From positions 3,678,008 through 3,742,007 of the forward strand of contig NW_002060943.1 in the NCBI RefSeq assembly GCF_000150275.1: DNA of 64,000 nt, read 5' to 3'. Source of the stretch: Trichoplax adhaerens (Eukaryota; Animalia; Placozoa). The position numbers and the translations under genes are program-made. The notes below the pieces were generated by a model, which saw only the letters and a program-made list of their open reading frames with translations, made no database searches and had not been told where the DNA came from. This document shows, piece by piece, positions 15,305 to 29,800 of the stretch. Within the stretch, counting starts at the first letter, position 1, and every line of letters starts with the position of its first letter.

Positions 15305-17343
15305 TTATGTTTTGCCCAGGCATTGATAGAACTGAAATACTGTTTCACCAGCATTTAAGCATCCTTTATTGCGTGACGTAATAGCGTCGCTTATGATATC
15401 CTGGAAAAATTTTTTATGCAGTATGTTATATGTTGTTTTTAGTGCAAAGACTAAATTATCTCTTGAATAGAGTCGGCACCTCGATCTTATTTTAATTTAG
15501 GAGCTTGAACGACGATATTCAATAAGCAAAAGCTGAAATAATTACACAATAATTGACTAAAGCTATAGCTGTTCGCTTATTTTATTCATAAATTACGCTT
15601 TTAAAATGAAGTAGTCCATTTTACATGTTCATTCAATAAACCCACTGTTAATATGCATATAAAATTTGCTGTATACGGTAGATGAAATGTACAGTTTGTA
15701 CACTAATCTAGGCTAATACAACTGTACTTAGTTACTCAAGAGACACGAATCAATAACGACGTCAATACTAGAAATATTGAAAAATTACATTTTAATGACA
15801 ATTAAAATTGCTCTAACAATAAATTTTGTACTTGTATTTTCTCGCTATTGGGATAAAAAAATCGATTGATGTGAGTGATATGGCTTACTTTAACGCAAGC
15901 GAAGCCTAAAATTTCACTTTGACATACATTACCAGATATAGCACGGGAAAGATCTAGATATTGACCTAGAAATACCCATTGAATAAAGCTATTAAAATTT
16001 AATTTAATATGCCGGTATGTAACTTAACGTAACTTCTTATAATGTGTTAAACCTCATTTATGCGTATATCGAGTTTACAACGATCTAATCTCGATGTTAA
16101 TTCTAGCGATATATCAACAATGTCAAAGGTAAATAATTTCATATGCTAATGCCTATTGCCACTTCCACTAAGCACTGACTAATGGATAAAGATTCTTTAA
16201 TTTCTATAATTTCCATGAAATCAAATTATCACTCAAAAAGTTGTTATACGTGATGTTAAACTTTCTGTTTGAATACAAAGACTTCATTATATTAAATTTT
16301 TTCCCCTCTATCATCAAATGTAAATTATTACTGAACCATAGTCCGCAGTTAAATTTCTGCACAGTTCTCTTTAAGGTCAATAAACACTGGATTTTCCGCT
16401 ATTTACGGCTGTTATTTAGCTATACCATAGTAGTTTATTATACTACAGTTTTAAGTATAGCTTCCTACGTGATATAGGTTATCTATTACCACGATAAATT
16501 GCCTATTTTTTCAGTCAGTTATATACTATTAAACGGAAATGGAAAAGACTCATTCCACTTACAAACGGACTTCACTAGCGGATCTCTTACAAGTTTGACG
16601 TATCTAGTATCACCATATGAATTAAGATATTTTTCTAGTCGCTAATTTTTGAATGTTAAATTAAGAAATTGTAGCCAAAGATTTATTTTTTTGCCGTTTG
16701 TATGATAAATATTAAAGTTACCAAAGATTTATTTTATTACCGTTCTTATGATAAATACTCTGACTCTTTCTTGAAATTAAAGTAGCCAAAGATTCGTTTT
16801 ATTACCCTTTATTTGATAAATACTGTGGACTCTTTCTTGAAAATTGAAGTTGCCATAATAGCGTAACTGCATTTTCAAGCTTAAAAATCGATTACAGCAC
16901 CTTTAGCTAGTTTGATTGGTGGAGAATATTTTCATTGATCTTGCTTCAAATAGAAGAACAGCACGAGTCAAAATGATCGACTGATATCACGTAGCCTTTA
17001 GAAGCACAACATTATTTTGCAATAATCTGTACTAAAAGCAAGCTGGTTTATCATCTAGTAAAGAAATTATTTGAAATCAAATATATCTTGCTCAAGGCTG
17101 AGTTTTACTACCAGAACTTCTATTGCTGCATTGGTAAAATTTCAGCTCTCCTTATCATTATATTTAGAAATGAAGCCGATTCAGTAGTTAGTTGCAAGAA
17201 CGTCGTTATCTAAAGATATTTGTATTTTTAGCGAGTATTACAATAATTAAATAACTTACTGTATAAGATCAAACCTAAATCCTCCTTATTTCTTCTTAAT
17301 CGGAGCTTATCTACTTTCCTATTGCGTACAATTTTTAAACATT
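15305..17343 (-). CDS. Unrecognised small Cys-containing protein; last 4 exons, 5' end unresolved (not in ORF track)
   Basis: Exons 17343-17260, 16634-16563, 15965-15889 and 15400-15305. Each has a pyrimidine-AG acceptor, the internal donors are GTAAG, phases 1/1/0 are compatible and there are no stops. Translation: xCLKIVRNRKVDKLRLRRNKEDLGLILYKKYLNSYGDTRYVKLVRDPLVKSVCQYLDLSRAISGNVCQSEILGFACVKDIISDAITSRNKGCLNAGETVFQFYQCLGKT*. Confidence 0.7.
16670..16850. repeat. Short degenerate intronic tandem repeat (about 3 copies, about 50-60 bp)
   Basis: ccaaagattt..ttatt..ccgtt...atgataaata recurs at about 16675, 16721 and 16786. Confidence 0.7.
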
Positions 17344-19002
17344 CTAAGATAAAACGTGCAGTCAATCAAATGCTATCTTTAGTTTTTACTAGTTTGCCTT
17401 TGGAGTAAGTTTTCAATTTTAATTTTTTTCCCCCTTGATTAGCTGACATGGCACGCAGAAGATGTATACTAGTGTATCTTTTCTGTTTTTCATATCAAAA
17501 TAATAGCTATTGCTAAGATTGATAAATCAATCATCACGTCATTTCCATCAGCAATAATTTAGATCCAATTTAGGTTGTTTATAGCTTCTAGATATTAAAG
17601 TTAGAGTAATTTTAGCTCATTGCTGTCTTAGTCTTTTACTTATTCTTCATGCATCATCTATTTTCGGCATCTAAGCTAATATTGAAAGCTGTGAATTGAT
17701 ATCTTCGCATAAGAGGAATAAAATCCTTACGATAAGCACTATTGATTAATATATATAGTCAATCTTTGCAACTACTTTGACATTCATTTTCTGGCAAAGC
17801 ATCCCCTTTACAAACAAATTTGGCTTTAGCAATTGTAATTATTCAATTAAGCAAATCTATAGTATACTTACAGGTAAACGAAAACACTTACTGTGCAATA
17901 GCGACAAAATAAATCCTCCTTACATCTCCTATGAGGAAAAGAAGTACATTATTAATGACACACTAGCAGATAACACAATTTCTTAGAAAAAATTTTCATT
18001 TGTAATTAAAATAACAAATATTCTATCACGAATTCGCACTAAGTCTACTGAAAATTTATCCCTTTAGATTGTGATCGAGCTGAAAGCTGTTATACCTATA
18101 TTATTTTTACTTATAAAGAAATGTTATTTCGAACTGAATAAAAATCATGGCTATTGTAAGCGCAGTTGACGATCATACACATTTCTGTGTACTGCCATGT
18201 ATAATTACCGTTGCAACAGTTATAACTTATCTGTCAGTAAGAGATTTTGACATCAATCAAAATCGACAATATAGACATAGACTATGATGGCGACTTTATA
18301 AATTGCAAAGATGTTTCTTCTAGAGGCATTTGAAATTTTTTATTTAACTTGATATCCTTACAGACAATGCGTTAAATAAAAGTGAAATTGCATTATTGTC
18401 AGCAATCACGACTCGAGCATTATTTTCCACAATTCTATCGCGATTTAAGCATAACAATTTAGTCCAGACAATGCAATTTCAGAAATCAGTTGGCGTCTGA
18501 AATCTGCGCTTCTAAAGTCACAACCTTTATTCATGAGAAAACAGAAGCGACATCAATCAAATGTTGATAAATTTATGACGCATGAAATATTGATGAAGAT
18601 AATTGTAGTTTATTTTCGATAGTATTAGTAATCAATTCCTTAGGTTACAATTAAAGAACGATTTGTAGCTCATGTTTTCATTTTGAGATTATTATGAATT
18701 TTCAAAAGTCGTTTACTGATAATTTTGATCTAGTATCAATTTAGCACCATACTATGTAAAATAATTAAAATCGCCTGACTTTTCGATTATTGCTGCTTTA
18801 ATATAACACTGGCCTTAACCAATGGAGGAGTATTCACAGCTATGACGGCAATAATGATTGGAAAAACATATCTGCTATTTATCTTAAATTTTAATACAGC
18901 GAAATAATAACTATATTGTAATTTATGTGANAGATGTAAACTAAGCTATCCTTTTCATTGGAAGTAAGATTTTAGCTAAAAAATTAGATATAACAATTGT
19001 AT

Positions 19003-19301
19003 NNNNNNNNNNNNNNNNNNNNNNNNNNNNNNNNNNNNNNNNNNNNNNNNNNNNNNNNNNNNNNNNNNNNNNNNNNNNNNNNNNNNNNNNNNNNNNNNNN
19101 NNNNNNNNNNNNNNNNNNNNNNNNNNNNNNNNNNNNNNNNNNNNNNNNNNNNNNNNNNNNNNNNNNNNNNNNNNNNNNNNNNNNNNNNNNNNNNNNNNNN
19201 NNNNNNNNNNNNNNNNNNNNNNNNNNNNNNNNNNNNNNNNNNNNNNNNNNNNNNNNNNNNNNNNNNNNNNNNNNNNNNNNNNNNNNNNNNNNNNNNNNNN
19301 N
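19003..19301. other. Assembly gap (299 N), plus a single N at 18931
   Basis: Run of N. Confidence 1.
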
Positions 19302-20879
19302 CGTATTTCGTATTTTTCAACAAGCCATCTATAATGACAGGAAAATGTCTGCTCAATTTATATTTAAGAAATGATCTTGGCATTATGACATGAATGTCTA
19401 ATGGGTTAAAATCTAAGTCATGCTTATTATTCACATTACTCATTTCTTACTTCATCCCATCGGCATTTAGGTAAATAGAAAATATTGTTACAATTAATAT
19501 TAATTAAAAAGCTTTTAAATCTGTAAGTTATTTTATCATTCTTATCGAAATATGAAATATTGAGTAAGCAATTACCTAAAGAAATAGCTTATAATGGTAT
19601 TGAAAGTAGAAGATATACGTGAGTTCAATAATTGCTAATGGATACATCATGTTTATTTATAAACTCCGACATAGTCTCTTCTTCTGCATAGTGCCCTACA
19701 GCATGTTGTTTCTCTACAAGATATTTAACAAATCAGTTTCCTCAGTCATTCTGTAGACTTGAAAATTCCAGTCAAGTTGATGTAGAAGTACAAATATTTT
19801 TAAAGCATATCATTATGCACAATAAACTTTTGATGATTTTGTACATAATATGGCATCATAAGTCAAAGGCAGTTAATCCATATTATTATATTAATAAAGG
19901 ATGTTAATTTGGCTAGATCAAATGTTAATTTCAATGCTTGCACAATCAGATGATATTCACTACGATAGATTAGAGTACGATGATCTTGTAAGCCAAGCTA
20001 AATACAGATATGTATTGAGTTTATTGAACTCACCGTATCGTAAAATAGGATAATCAAATAGATTGAAGTTGATTTCATGCTAATACGTTGAACTCGATTG
20101 AAAATCAGTTAGTAAGTTGGTGTAAATGGCACGGCAGAGATGAAAAGGGATAATGAAAACAAGCTCTAAAAACAATATGATGATAGATCTAACCAATTAT
20201 CATCGATGAATAACAATTAAATTGTCTTTCAAGCAGAATTATTTAGCAGTTGTTGAAGAAGAATTAATCACGTGTTCCTAACTGATGTAAAAATAATTGA
20301 ATTGCAGTTTTGTTTATCCATGTTTTTATGTTAATGTTAGTCCACCGATTATATCAGACACTTATTTTAATGTTCTATGCTCCAGCTTAATCAGTAAAAG
20401 CATTAATACGTCTATTCAAAAAATGGATGAATTAGCAGAAAGACTTTATTGTCAGCCTCGTGATGAAATCGTTTCCATAAATGAATATTAATAACGGACC
20501 TAGTGAGTAACAGTGGATAACAAAAGCATAGCATTAATATGGATGGAGAGCTGATTGTCTAACGATTTGATACGCACATAAAAAGGCTTGTAATTAATAT
20601 TATCTCAGTAGAAAGTGACCTAGGTAGTCTGTATGTATTGAATTATAGTACTAATGAATAGACGCGATCATCCGCGCAGACTTATAGACTCTTCTACGCC
20701 ACTGACTCCAACTTTTATACAGGTATATAAGTCAACAAGTCAATAACAAATCTCAGTAATCGCTAATCTGGGATACAGAATAAACTACCTCTGTCTCCAA
20801 AAGTAATTTAGTAGTTCAAAGTAGTGCAATAGATTAATTCCATGGATAAAAGAGGATTGAAAACATCTTGAACGGCAAT

Positions 20880-23800
20880 ATGAGGAATTTTATTCTACCA
20901 ATATTTCTCTTATCACTCGCTTTCATATGGAATAATTTAGGTGAGGATGAATAGTTAATTAATTCCTAATTTTATGTATAGAATAGGTCTAAACGAGTTC
21001 TTAGGCTAGCATAAATATTCAAATTCATCATGGCGGAATTGTATTTTACAAGATATAACTTTAACTTGACCAATCCATTCCATTAACTGCTATCGTGACA
21101 TTAGTATAAAATTAGCATCGCCATAACTCTTTTTTTTGTATATTCAATCCAAATCTTCTACGTGACAGTCTAATACATCAATTTTTCATCAATAGTACAA
21201 AGTTAATGCATGATAAAATGGTTCTTACAATAGGAATAATGAATGTAACCTTTAAAAGAATCACTGCGTTGACGACCAGATGGGTCGCACTTAAATTCTC
21301 CCATGATGTGATCTTGCTAAACAACTATTGTATTGTAACAGTATCAACATCTGTACTATGATCCTAGCTTTAGATTTACTAAATCATGAAAAGAAAGGTT
21401 TGCTAGTAACTAAAGTTTTCTATTAACAACTCATAATAAGTTACAGACTGTACCTGTCGGTTAAGATGTAAAAATTACGATTAAAAGTTTTTTAGCTACC
21501 TCCAATATTAGCGACACTTAATGGAGTTTAATTAATCCAAACTATCCTGTATTAAGCGAGATTATTATCGTTTCGAATAGTCATTCTATCAATCTTGATA
21601 GCCAATAATGCGCGGTATAGAGCTTTATCAGACCGTTAATCGTGATGTTTTTTCTATCTCATTTAATTACGATGATCGGCAACAAGTTGGCTATTGATAC
21701 GAAATTTAAAATTTACATCAATTTACTCTAATCTTTTAAGCCATCTTTCGATACGAATAACATCCCATTTTTATCATTTACAACTTAATCCTTCATGTAA
21801 AGGAAACAAAATATTGATCAATTTTATTACTTAGGCTATTTGTCCAATTCAGACAACTGTCCACTTTGATAATTAATCGGTAAAGGATGTACATTTACTT
21901 TTTTATTTAGAAATAACGCTATGATTATGTCGTAGTTCTATCCTAAATATTGACCATGGTAAAAAGAGAATAGTTGTTAATTAATAAACTAGGGTGCATA
22001 GGAAAATAGTATCGATCATTTGAGATTAACGTTAAATAGCATTTCATAGACTATTGATAGTTTGAAATGTAGCAATATTTAATGTTCAGCTATATGGCAG
22101 AAACGATAATTTAGTCATTTTATTTAAACAGATCTGTTAGCAATAATAGAATTGGTAATAAGGTAGTAACTTATATATTTAATAGCTATCCCGACCATAT
22201 ATTGCTAAAAGAGTACTCCATTAAACATTTTACTCAGATTGTTCCTCCAAATGACACTCTTCCTCCCAAAATTATATAGACGTTTTTATAATTTCAAAAT
22301 TGCCTTCATATGATGAGTGATTGGTTTCTACACCACACTTATTTGTATAAAAGGGAACAATTTAATAATGAACACACGCACTTGTCTATTTTTAGTCAAG
22401 GCATTAAGTTCAAAGTAATTCGTCTTTTACATTATTTCTGTGAACGCTCATTTTTATTCATATAATGCGGAAAGCTTCCTCGTGTATAGGATGCTTTTAA
22501 AAACAAATAAGAAAAAACATGCTGCGCATCATATTCCTCGTAATATAGATTTTAAAGCCGATTAAAATAAAGCAAATAGTACTGAAAAGGGTATTTATTA
22601 AAGGCTGTTAAAGAAAAGCCAGTAATAGTTATGAGGAAACTAAATTCGTATCAACTGTTTTCCGAAGAAACAGAATTTGAATAAATTGGCATCATCAAAA
22701 CGATGTAGGAAAATCGAATAGACATTTCCGAAAAGTCGTTCTAAGAAAACACATAACAGTCATTTTTTCATCTTAATTTATTAATTATGAACAGGCTTAT
22801 CGGATGATGACTTTAATCCCTTCTATCGGTTTATGCTGAAACAAATACAAGGAAATTATTTGATGTGTGTTTGAAAGAAATTCAATGCCGACCTATGGCG
22901 CTGAAAATTTTGAAAACACAACGAAATATAATAAATCTTGATGTATGCTATAATTCGAATCTGTATACCTATACTTCTAACGCCTTCTACCGCATCTTTA
23001 TTTTCCATCGCATTTCTATGGCCATGCTTAAAAGATCATATTCAATTATTAGTTTAATAATAACATTTCAGTATCATCACATTTATTTAATGCCACCGCA
23101 TTTCGGATGATCTAAAGCTTTCCAGAACGTTTTTGTTTTACTGTCTAATTATGACTAAGAGCACCTGTACTGGTAATGATGGTTGTAGTAAAGTGAGAGC
23201 AAATTAGAGTCAGTGTAATAGTTTTTATAGGCGTAGAACGGATACAAGGAGTATGTACATCATTGAAGTAATTAAGGGCAATGTCGAATCTATCTTTTAT
23301 AGTGATTAGAAATGTTAATTTGTACTGTATATATCAGATAACATCAAAGAAAACTAATATTATACTTTAAGATAAGACAATCTAAATAATAAACAGGCTA
23401 AATTATTCATCATTATTGTTTGCCAAATACGGTGTGGCTTTGATGAAATTTAATTAACAGAAAATTTTTATTGTTCAATCTTATTTATTAACTCCGAATA
23501 ACTTGAAAACATTTACCGACATGCAGCAACTATCCAAGCTAATGAGCACAGGATAGACAGCGTGTTTTCAGATGATCCCATGTATCCTTGCATAGTACCC
23601 CTCAGTTTCGAATAAAATAGATTTTCCCCGTTTCAACATTATCTTTTCAATCCTAATCCTTTCAATGATGCAATTTCGCCACTGCTATAACATTCGATCA
23701 ATATTAGCTTGAATTTAGCAACGCATAGTGATAAAATTGAAATATTCGTATCCGAAATATGGAAATATACATATGAATACTCTATATTAATATTTTTTAT

Positions 23801-26800
23801 TAATAAATTATGTTGTGAAGCAAATTGGTGTTAATTAACTAATCTAGGAAAAATCAAATAATAGCTTTTAGAATTCTAAGAATTCCCAAATTTCCTGCAG
23901 ATGAAGTGATTAAAAATAATTCTACGTTACCTCTCCATTTTCCCATCATGCTAAAAAATTTTAGAGCATTAATTAATTAATTAATTAATTAATAGTTATT
24001 ACGTAGAATTTATCCGAAATAATCATGAATATAAATTTGAATGCATAGTTTGGCCTTTGCTTATGTGTTTAAAGATGCCAAAATTATTTAAGATCTATAA
24101 GAAATCGAGGATAAAAACTTTGTTTAGAATATTAACTAAATTATCCATTAAATTTTTATATTTTAAACTCTAATCCAAGGAAGTACATTATAAAAATCTT
24201 TTTCAAACAATATTGAAAATCACCTGAGATCTATAAAAAATAAATAAAAAATAACTGATTTATGATAGGAATTAAATAAAGATATTTATAATTTAATTGC
24301 TTACGTATCCACTTCATGCATATTGATTAATTACAATCAATAAATGAAATCAATTTCCATTATAAACTTGATTCACAAGCTATTACATTAAATTTACCTC
24401 ATTGAATTGGTACCATGTTGGTATCTCTACTATTATCCATGCTAGTAAATGAATTACTAGGTTAAATGACAGCAATTAATCACTAACAGCTGCATTTATG
24501 GTTACTAATTTGAAAAATTTCTGCCTGCAGCTTCAGCCGGATACCTGATTTATACTAATCCCAGTGAAATTCGTATCGTTGACACAAATGGGAAAGGTGA
24601 TCGATTGCTAATTTCAGGATTACATTACGCAGTTGCCATTGATTACCACCTCAAGAAGAAAGCTGTCTATTGGACAGACTCCAAAACCGGCCGTATAAGC
24701 CATTTTAATTACAAGGACATGTCAGCTTTGAAAAATAATGCCCATTATACTGCGTTAGAGGCTAAAGTTGTGCCTAACCTCCAATTTGATTCGCTGGCTG
24801 GAATAGCTGTTGATTGGATCAACGATAAACTTTATTTTATCGACGATGATAACCACCGAATTTATGTTAGTAATCTAGATGGAACAAATGCGAAAGCCTT
24901 ATTCACTGAAGGGATTGCCTATCCAAGAGCTATTGCCGTCGATCCTCTTCAAGGGTAAGGAATATTAATGATAAAACAACTTTGATTGGAAAGGCAGCTA
25001 TCGAGCAATGTAGTGTTTGGGAATTTTGATATACTGGCCCAAAGAGAGTATACAAACTTCTTTAACATTTGTTAAGATTGAGTGTTTCAATTGTTGGGCA
25101 CATTCAACTGTTTTATTTTATTTCATGGAACACCTCGATGTATAATCTTGTGATTGTTTTTATACCTGTCCTATACTTCATTAAGTATTATCTTTATTGG
25201 TATAGGTATATTTATTGGACTGAGTGGGGCGATAAGAATAAAATCGTTCGCGCAGCCATGGACGGTTCAGCAAAGCAAATTATTCGAAGTGACAATATGT
25301 ACTGGCCCAATGGTTTGTCCATCGATTATTTAACTGAAAAGCTTTTCTTCACCGATGGCTATACCAAAGCAATCTATCGTTTAGATTTGAATGGTAGTAA
25401 TTTTGTCAGCATAAAATCGAACTTACAACATCCACATGACATCACCGTTCATGGTAAACGATTATTTTGGACGGATTGGGAAGCATTTGCAATACAATCA
25501 TGCCATAAAACGAGTGGTAAAGAAGGTCGTAAAATTATAACTGGTAATAAGACTCCCTTGGGAATTAAAAGTCTAGCGCCGAAGCATCAACCCAGAGGTT
25601 CATATCGAGCTTAACTTATAGAACGCTCTCATTGAAGTTTGCATACAGTAGTGCTATTTTGATTTCATTTTGATATAGTTTCCTTCTTTTGCAGTAAAAT
25701 TGTATCTATGATTTCAAATTATGCATAGATTACTCTCTATTTGAAATTTACATACAGTAGTACTATTTTAATTCGATTTTTATATCGATCTTATTCATTT
25801 CCATTTACTTTCCTTCTTTTGCAGTAAATTTGATGTCTCCTTTTATAATTTCAAATTATGCTAACATTAGTTATCTATTTTCAAAAATAGCCCATAATCC
25901 ATGTGGCCATAATAACGGAAACTGTAGCCATTTATGCTTAATATCCCCATCTCAAGGAAATAATAGCCAATCGACAGGTTATACGTGTGCTTGTCCAACT
26001 GGTGTCAGCTTTAAATCGGGAAAAGTTTGTCATTCAGGTAAATTGACTGCATTTCTGCTGTTGGCCCAATAGAATATCATTCAAAATGCTTTATTATACT
26101 GTATTATATGATGTATTATCGCTTTTTAAAAAAGAAAGTAAATTACTTTAATATTGACAGAGCCATCTCATCCAGCAATACTACCTATTCTTTTGATAAC
26201 TTGTGCAAATTGAGTAGGTTTCTACATCTTGAAAAAGCTGGCAATATTCCAACTTGATGCGAGCTCTATTTACTTAATATTTACACCGCCCATTATATTC
26301 TTGTACCCTAAAATAGTAAAGCAATTACTGATTAAACAATCCGATCCCTATCTTACTTCATAACATTTTCACATTACCTTTGCTCGAAATGCCACTCCTC
26401 TATTTATCTCTGATTATAACTAATTTAAATGCATTCAAAATAAGTCATTGAATTTGTATTTTTAGAATTTTAAAATTAAGACCACTGTGACTGTGGTAAT
26501 AATTAAAAAAAAAACCATTCATTCTGCTTTCTTATGGATTGCGTAGGTCCAATTAACTTTTTACTGATTACAAGGCGCAGTGATTTACGCTGGATGTCGT
26601 TGGATGCACCACAATTTATCGATGTTAGAATCAATATTCAAGATATCAAGCATGCTTTCGACGTAACTTACGATCCAGTCGATCATTATATTTATTGGGC
26701 TGACAACATCATTCAGGCCATACTACGAGCAAAATTAGATGGTAGTGGAGCATCAGTTATTATACCAAATATTCAGTCACCGGAAGGACTAGCTATAGAC

Positions 26801-29800
26801 TGGATAGCTCGTACAATTTATTGGACTGACAAGATTGAAAAGAAAATTGAAGTAGCTACGTTAAATGGAACTCAACGTAAAACTATCATTAAGACCGATT
26901 TGGATACGCCAAGAGCCATTGCTATCGATCCATTTCGAGGGTATAACGATAGCCTATTTAGAATGTTGAATTCAATACTGTTGTTCTATAAAGCGAAGTT
27001 AGTGCTAGGTCGTACTTTGCTGAAGTTGGAAAGCCGCATAATGAATACATTAGCGTAGTATACTGAAGCTTTTTCGATTCCAGAAGAGAATTTACAATCT
27101 AATTTCATCTCGAATAAATAAAAATAAGAACAATTAATCCATGTAAAATAATTATAATTTATCTGAACATACCAAGAAATAGTAGATTTAGATAAAAAAA
27201 GATCCGCGAAAGTAGACAAAGTGATCATTTTTAACATTATCCTTTCACTGTCCTTGACTTTTCAGTAGTAATTCTTTGATCAAAATTTCAAAGTAGTATT
27301 TCAGCGTATGGTTACGCATAAAACTTTAATTTTTTATTATAGTTACTTAAATAAAGAAGAATGAATGATGATTATTCGTTATGTAGATAGTATCATTAAT
27401 CGAGATTATTGCATATCATAACGCTATGATATAGATACATATTTTGGAGTGATTGGGGAAAAGTACCAAAGATCGAGAGAGCTTATTTGGATGGTTCTGA
27501 TCGAAAAGTAATCGTCAATGATTCCATCGTTTGGCCAAATGGCATCGCGATCGATTACGACAAGCAAATACTCTACTGGGCTGATGCTGACCGTGATACC
27601 ATTGAAATTTCTGATTTAAACGGTCATGGAAGGAAGACATTGGTCAAAAACAATCTCTTTCATGTTTTTGGTTTGACTTTGCAAGGTGATTACATTTACT
27701 ATTCAGATTGGATTAAGCGAAAAGTGGAAAGAATCCATAAGAGTAATCCAACCACCCCTGAAGTGGTCTACCATCGGTCAGATTTAATGGGATTAGCTGC
27801 TGTCGATTTAGCATTTTACCAACGAGCAGGTAGGGTAGGGTAATCAATATCAATGTCTATTTCCTCTTTGCATAAGGATTATCATTATACAGAAATATTC
27901 CTATACTAAATTTAAGTATGATATAAACAGGCGCCGGAAATAATACCTGTGCTCATAAAAATGGCGGATGTAGTCACTATTGCTTTTTTAGAGGCAGTGG
28001 CCATATTTGTTCTTGTCCTTTCGGCTATGAATTACAGGAAGATGAAAAAACTTGCTTCGGTAAGTATTTAATATTCAAGAGCGATCAGCCAATGATATAT
28101 ATCATTAGAAGATATAGGTGATGAAGTTATTATACACGTACACAATACGACGCTACTGAAAAAGAACTGACTTAATGATATAGAATTGCTTAGAAGATCT
28201 TAGCCGTTTTATACTATATCAATCCATTTTAAGGGTGTGCAAAATGTCTTAGGTTCATTTGCGTACTACTTTAGGTTACTCTATTCTTATTCTGACAAAA
28301 AATGTTTTTATTCTCACCAGTAAATAATTTAGTAAGAAGTTCTACTTTGGTCTCGTTATTTGCAAAATACGTTAGACTTATTTGTGTACTTGGCTGCTCT
28401 ATTCTTATTCCGACAAGTTATTTTCTTTATTGCTTACCAATGAATAACAAGTTCTATTTTGGTACCATCATGACTAATTGTATCTTCTAATTTGTATCCT
28501 TCATTCTAGTTCCGAACGCTTTCTTTCTATTGCTAACAAGCAAGCAGTTATACCGTCTATCACTAAATGATCGATATGATATCAAGAAATTGCCTATTAA
28601 TGGTATTCAAGGTGGTAGTGGACTATCGTTTGATAGTCGAACAGAAGAAGTCTATTGGAGTGATATTGAATTGAAGCAAATTTCATCATCGTACTTAAAT
28701 GGAACGAATAGAAACGTTATTATTGAATTTGATCTAGCTAGTCCAAATTCGATCGCTTTCGATTGGACTACCAAATATATATACTGGACAGATAACATTC
28801 TTAATCGAATTGAAGTTACCAAGTCTGATGGAACAGCTCGTAAAATTTTGATTTGGCAAGACTTGTACAAGCCCAGCTATCTTGTGATACATCCGAAGGA
28901 GGGGTAAGTTATAATCAAGCGCTCTGTATTTCACTTTCGTATTGATATAATTATTGAATCGAAATGAACTGTGCTGTAGCTTTGATTTAATTCGTTATCC
29001 ATTTAGTTTTGAATAAATGGAGATGACTAAAATTTAGTACGTAGTGATCTAAATTACATCACAACATAGTCATATTCAGTTTACATGGGATAAAATTCCT
29101 TAGCAGTCAATGTTTAGACTTGAATTATTGTAAATTCAAAAAGTCCTCCAATTCACCATGATAGAACCAATTGAGCCATAAGAATGCACCTATAAGCAAA
29201 ACTTTACTTCTAAAGTTTCTACCGCAACTACTATATCAGTAAATTGGTCATTACCTTTGCAATAACTATCTAATCCTTAATCTTATTTGTCCTAATTATA
29301 GATTATTATTTTGGGTCAATCATAATTCTAATGTACTTGATGGGGCTAAAATAGAAAGATCTACTTTAGCTGGAACAGAGCGGAAGACAATCGTAGAAGT
29401 AGCAGGCATTCCAGTCAGTTTAGAAATCGATTTCGATAATGATCGCATCTTTTGGATTGATTCTACCAGAAAACGTATCTATTCTGCATCACTCCTTGGT
29501 ACCAATCTGGAAATGATTCCCGAATTCATGTCTAGCTCTAACTTTTTATCAATCTACGAGGATAAATTATATTGGATTGACAGCAAAGAAAGCCACATTA
29601 TGAAAGCAAATAAAACTAATTTTCAAAGGGAGCATGTGCACGATTTACGGAATTTTGACGATCATCCCAACAACTTATTGGTATATCATAAAAATCGCCA
29701 AAAACGTAAGCGATAGTAGTTTGATGACTGTCTATTAAAATAGAGTTAAGATAGAAATAACAGTAAACTAAAATGGTTATAATTATATCCAATGTAGAAA

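Noticed and set aside
20941-24530. TCF/LEF sites (CTTTGWW) in LRP5/6 intron 1 as Wnt feedback elements
   Set aside because: About four were seen, which is roughly the number expected by chance in 3.6 kb of AT-rich DNA.
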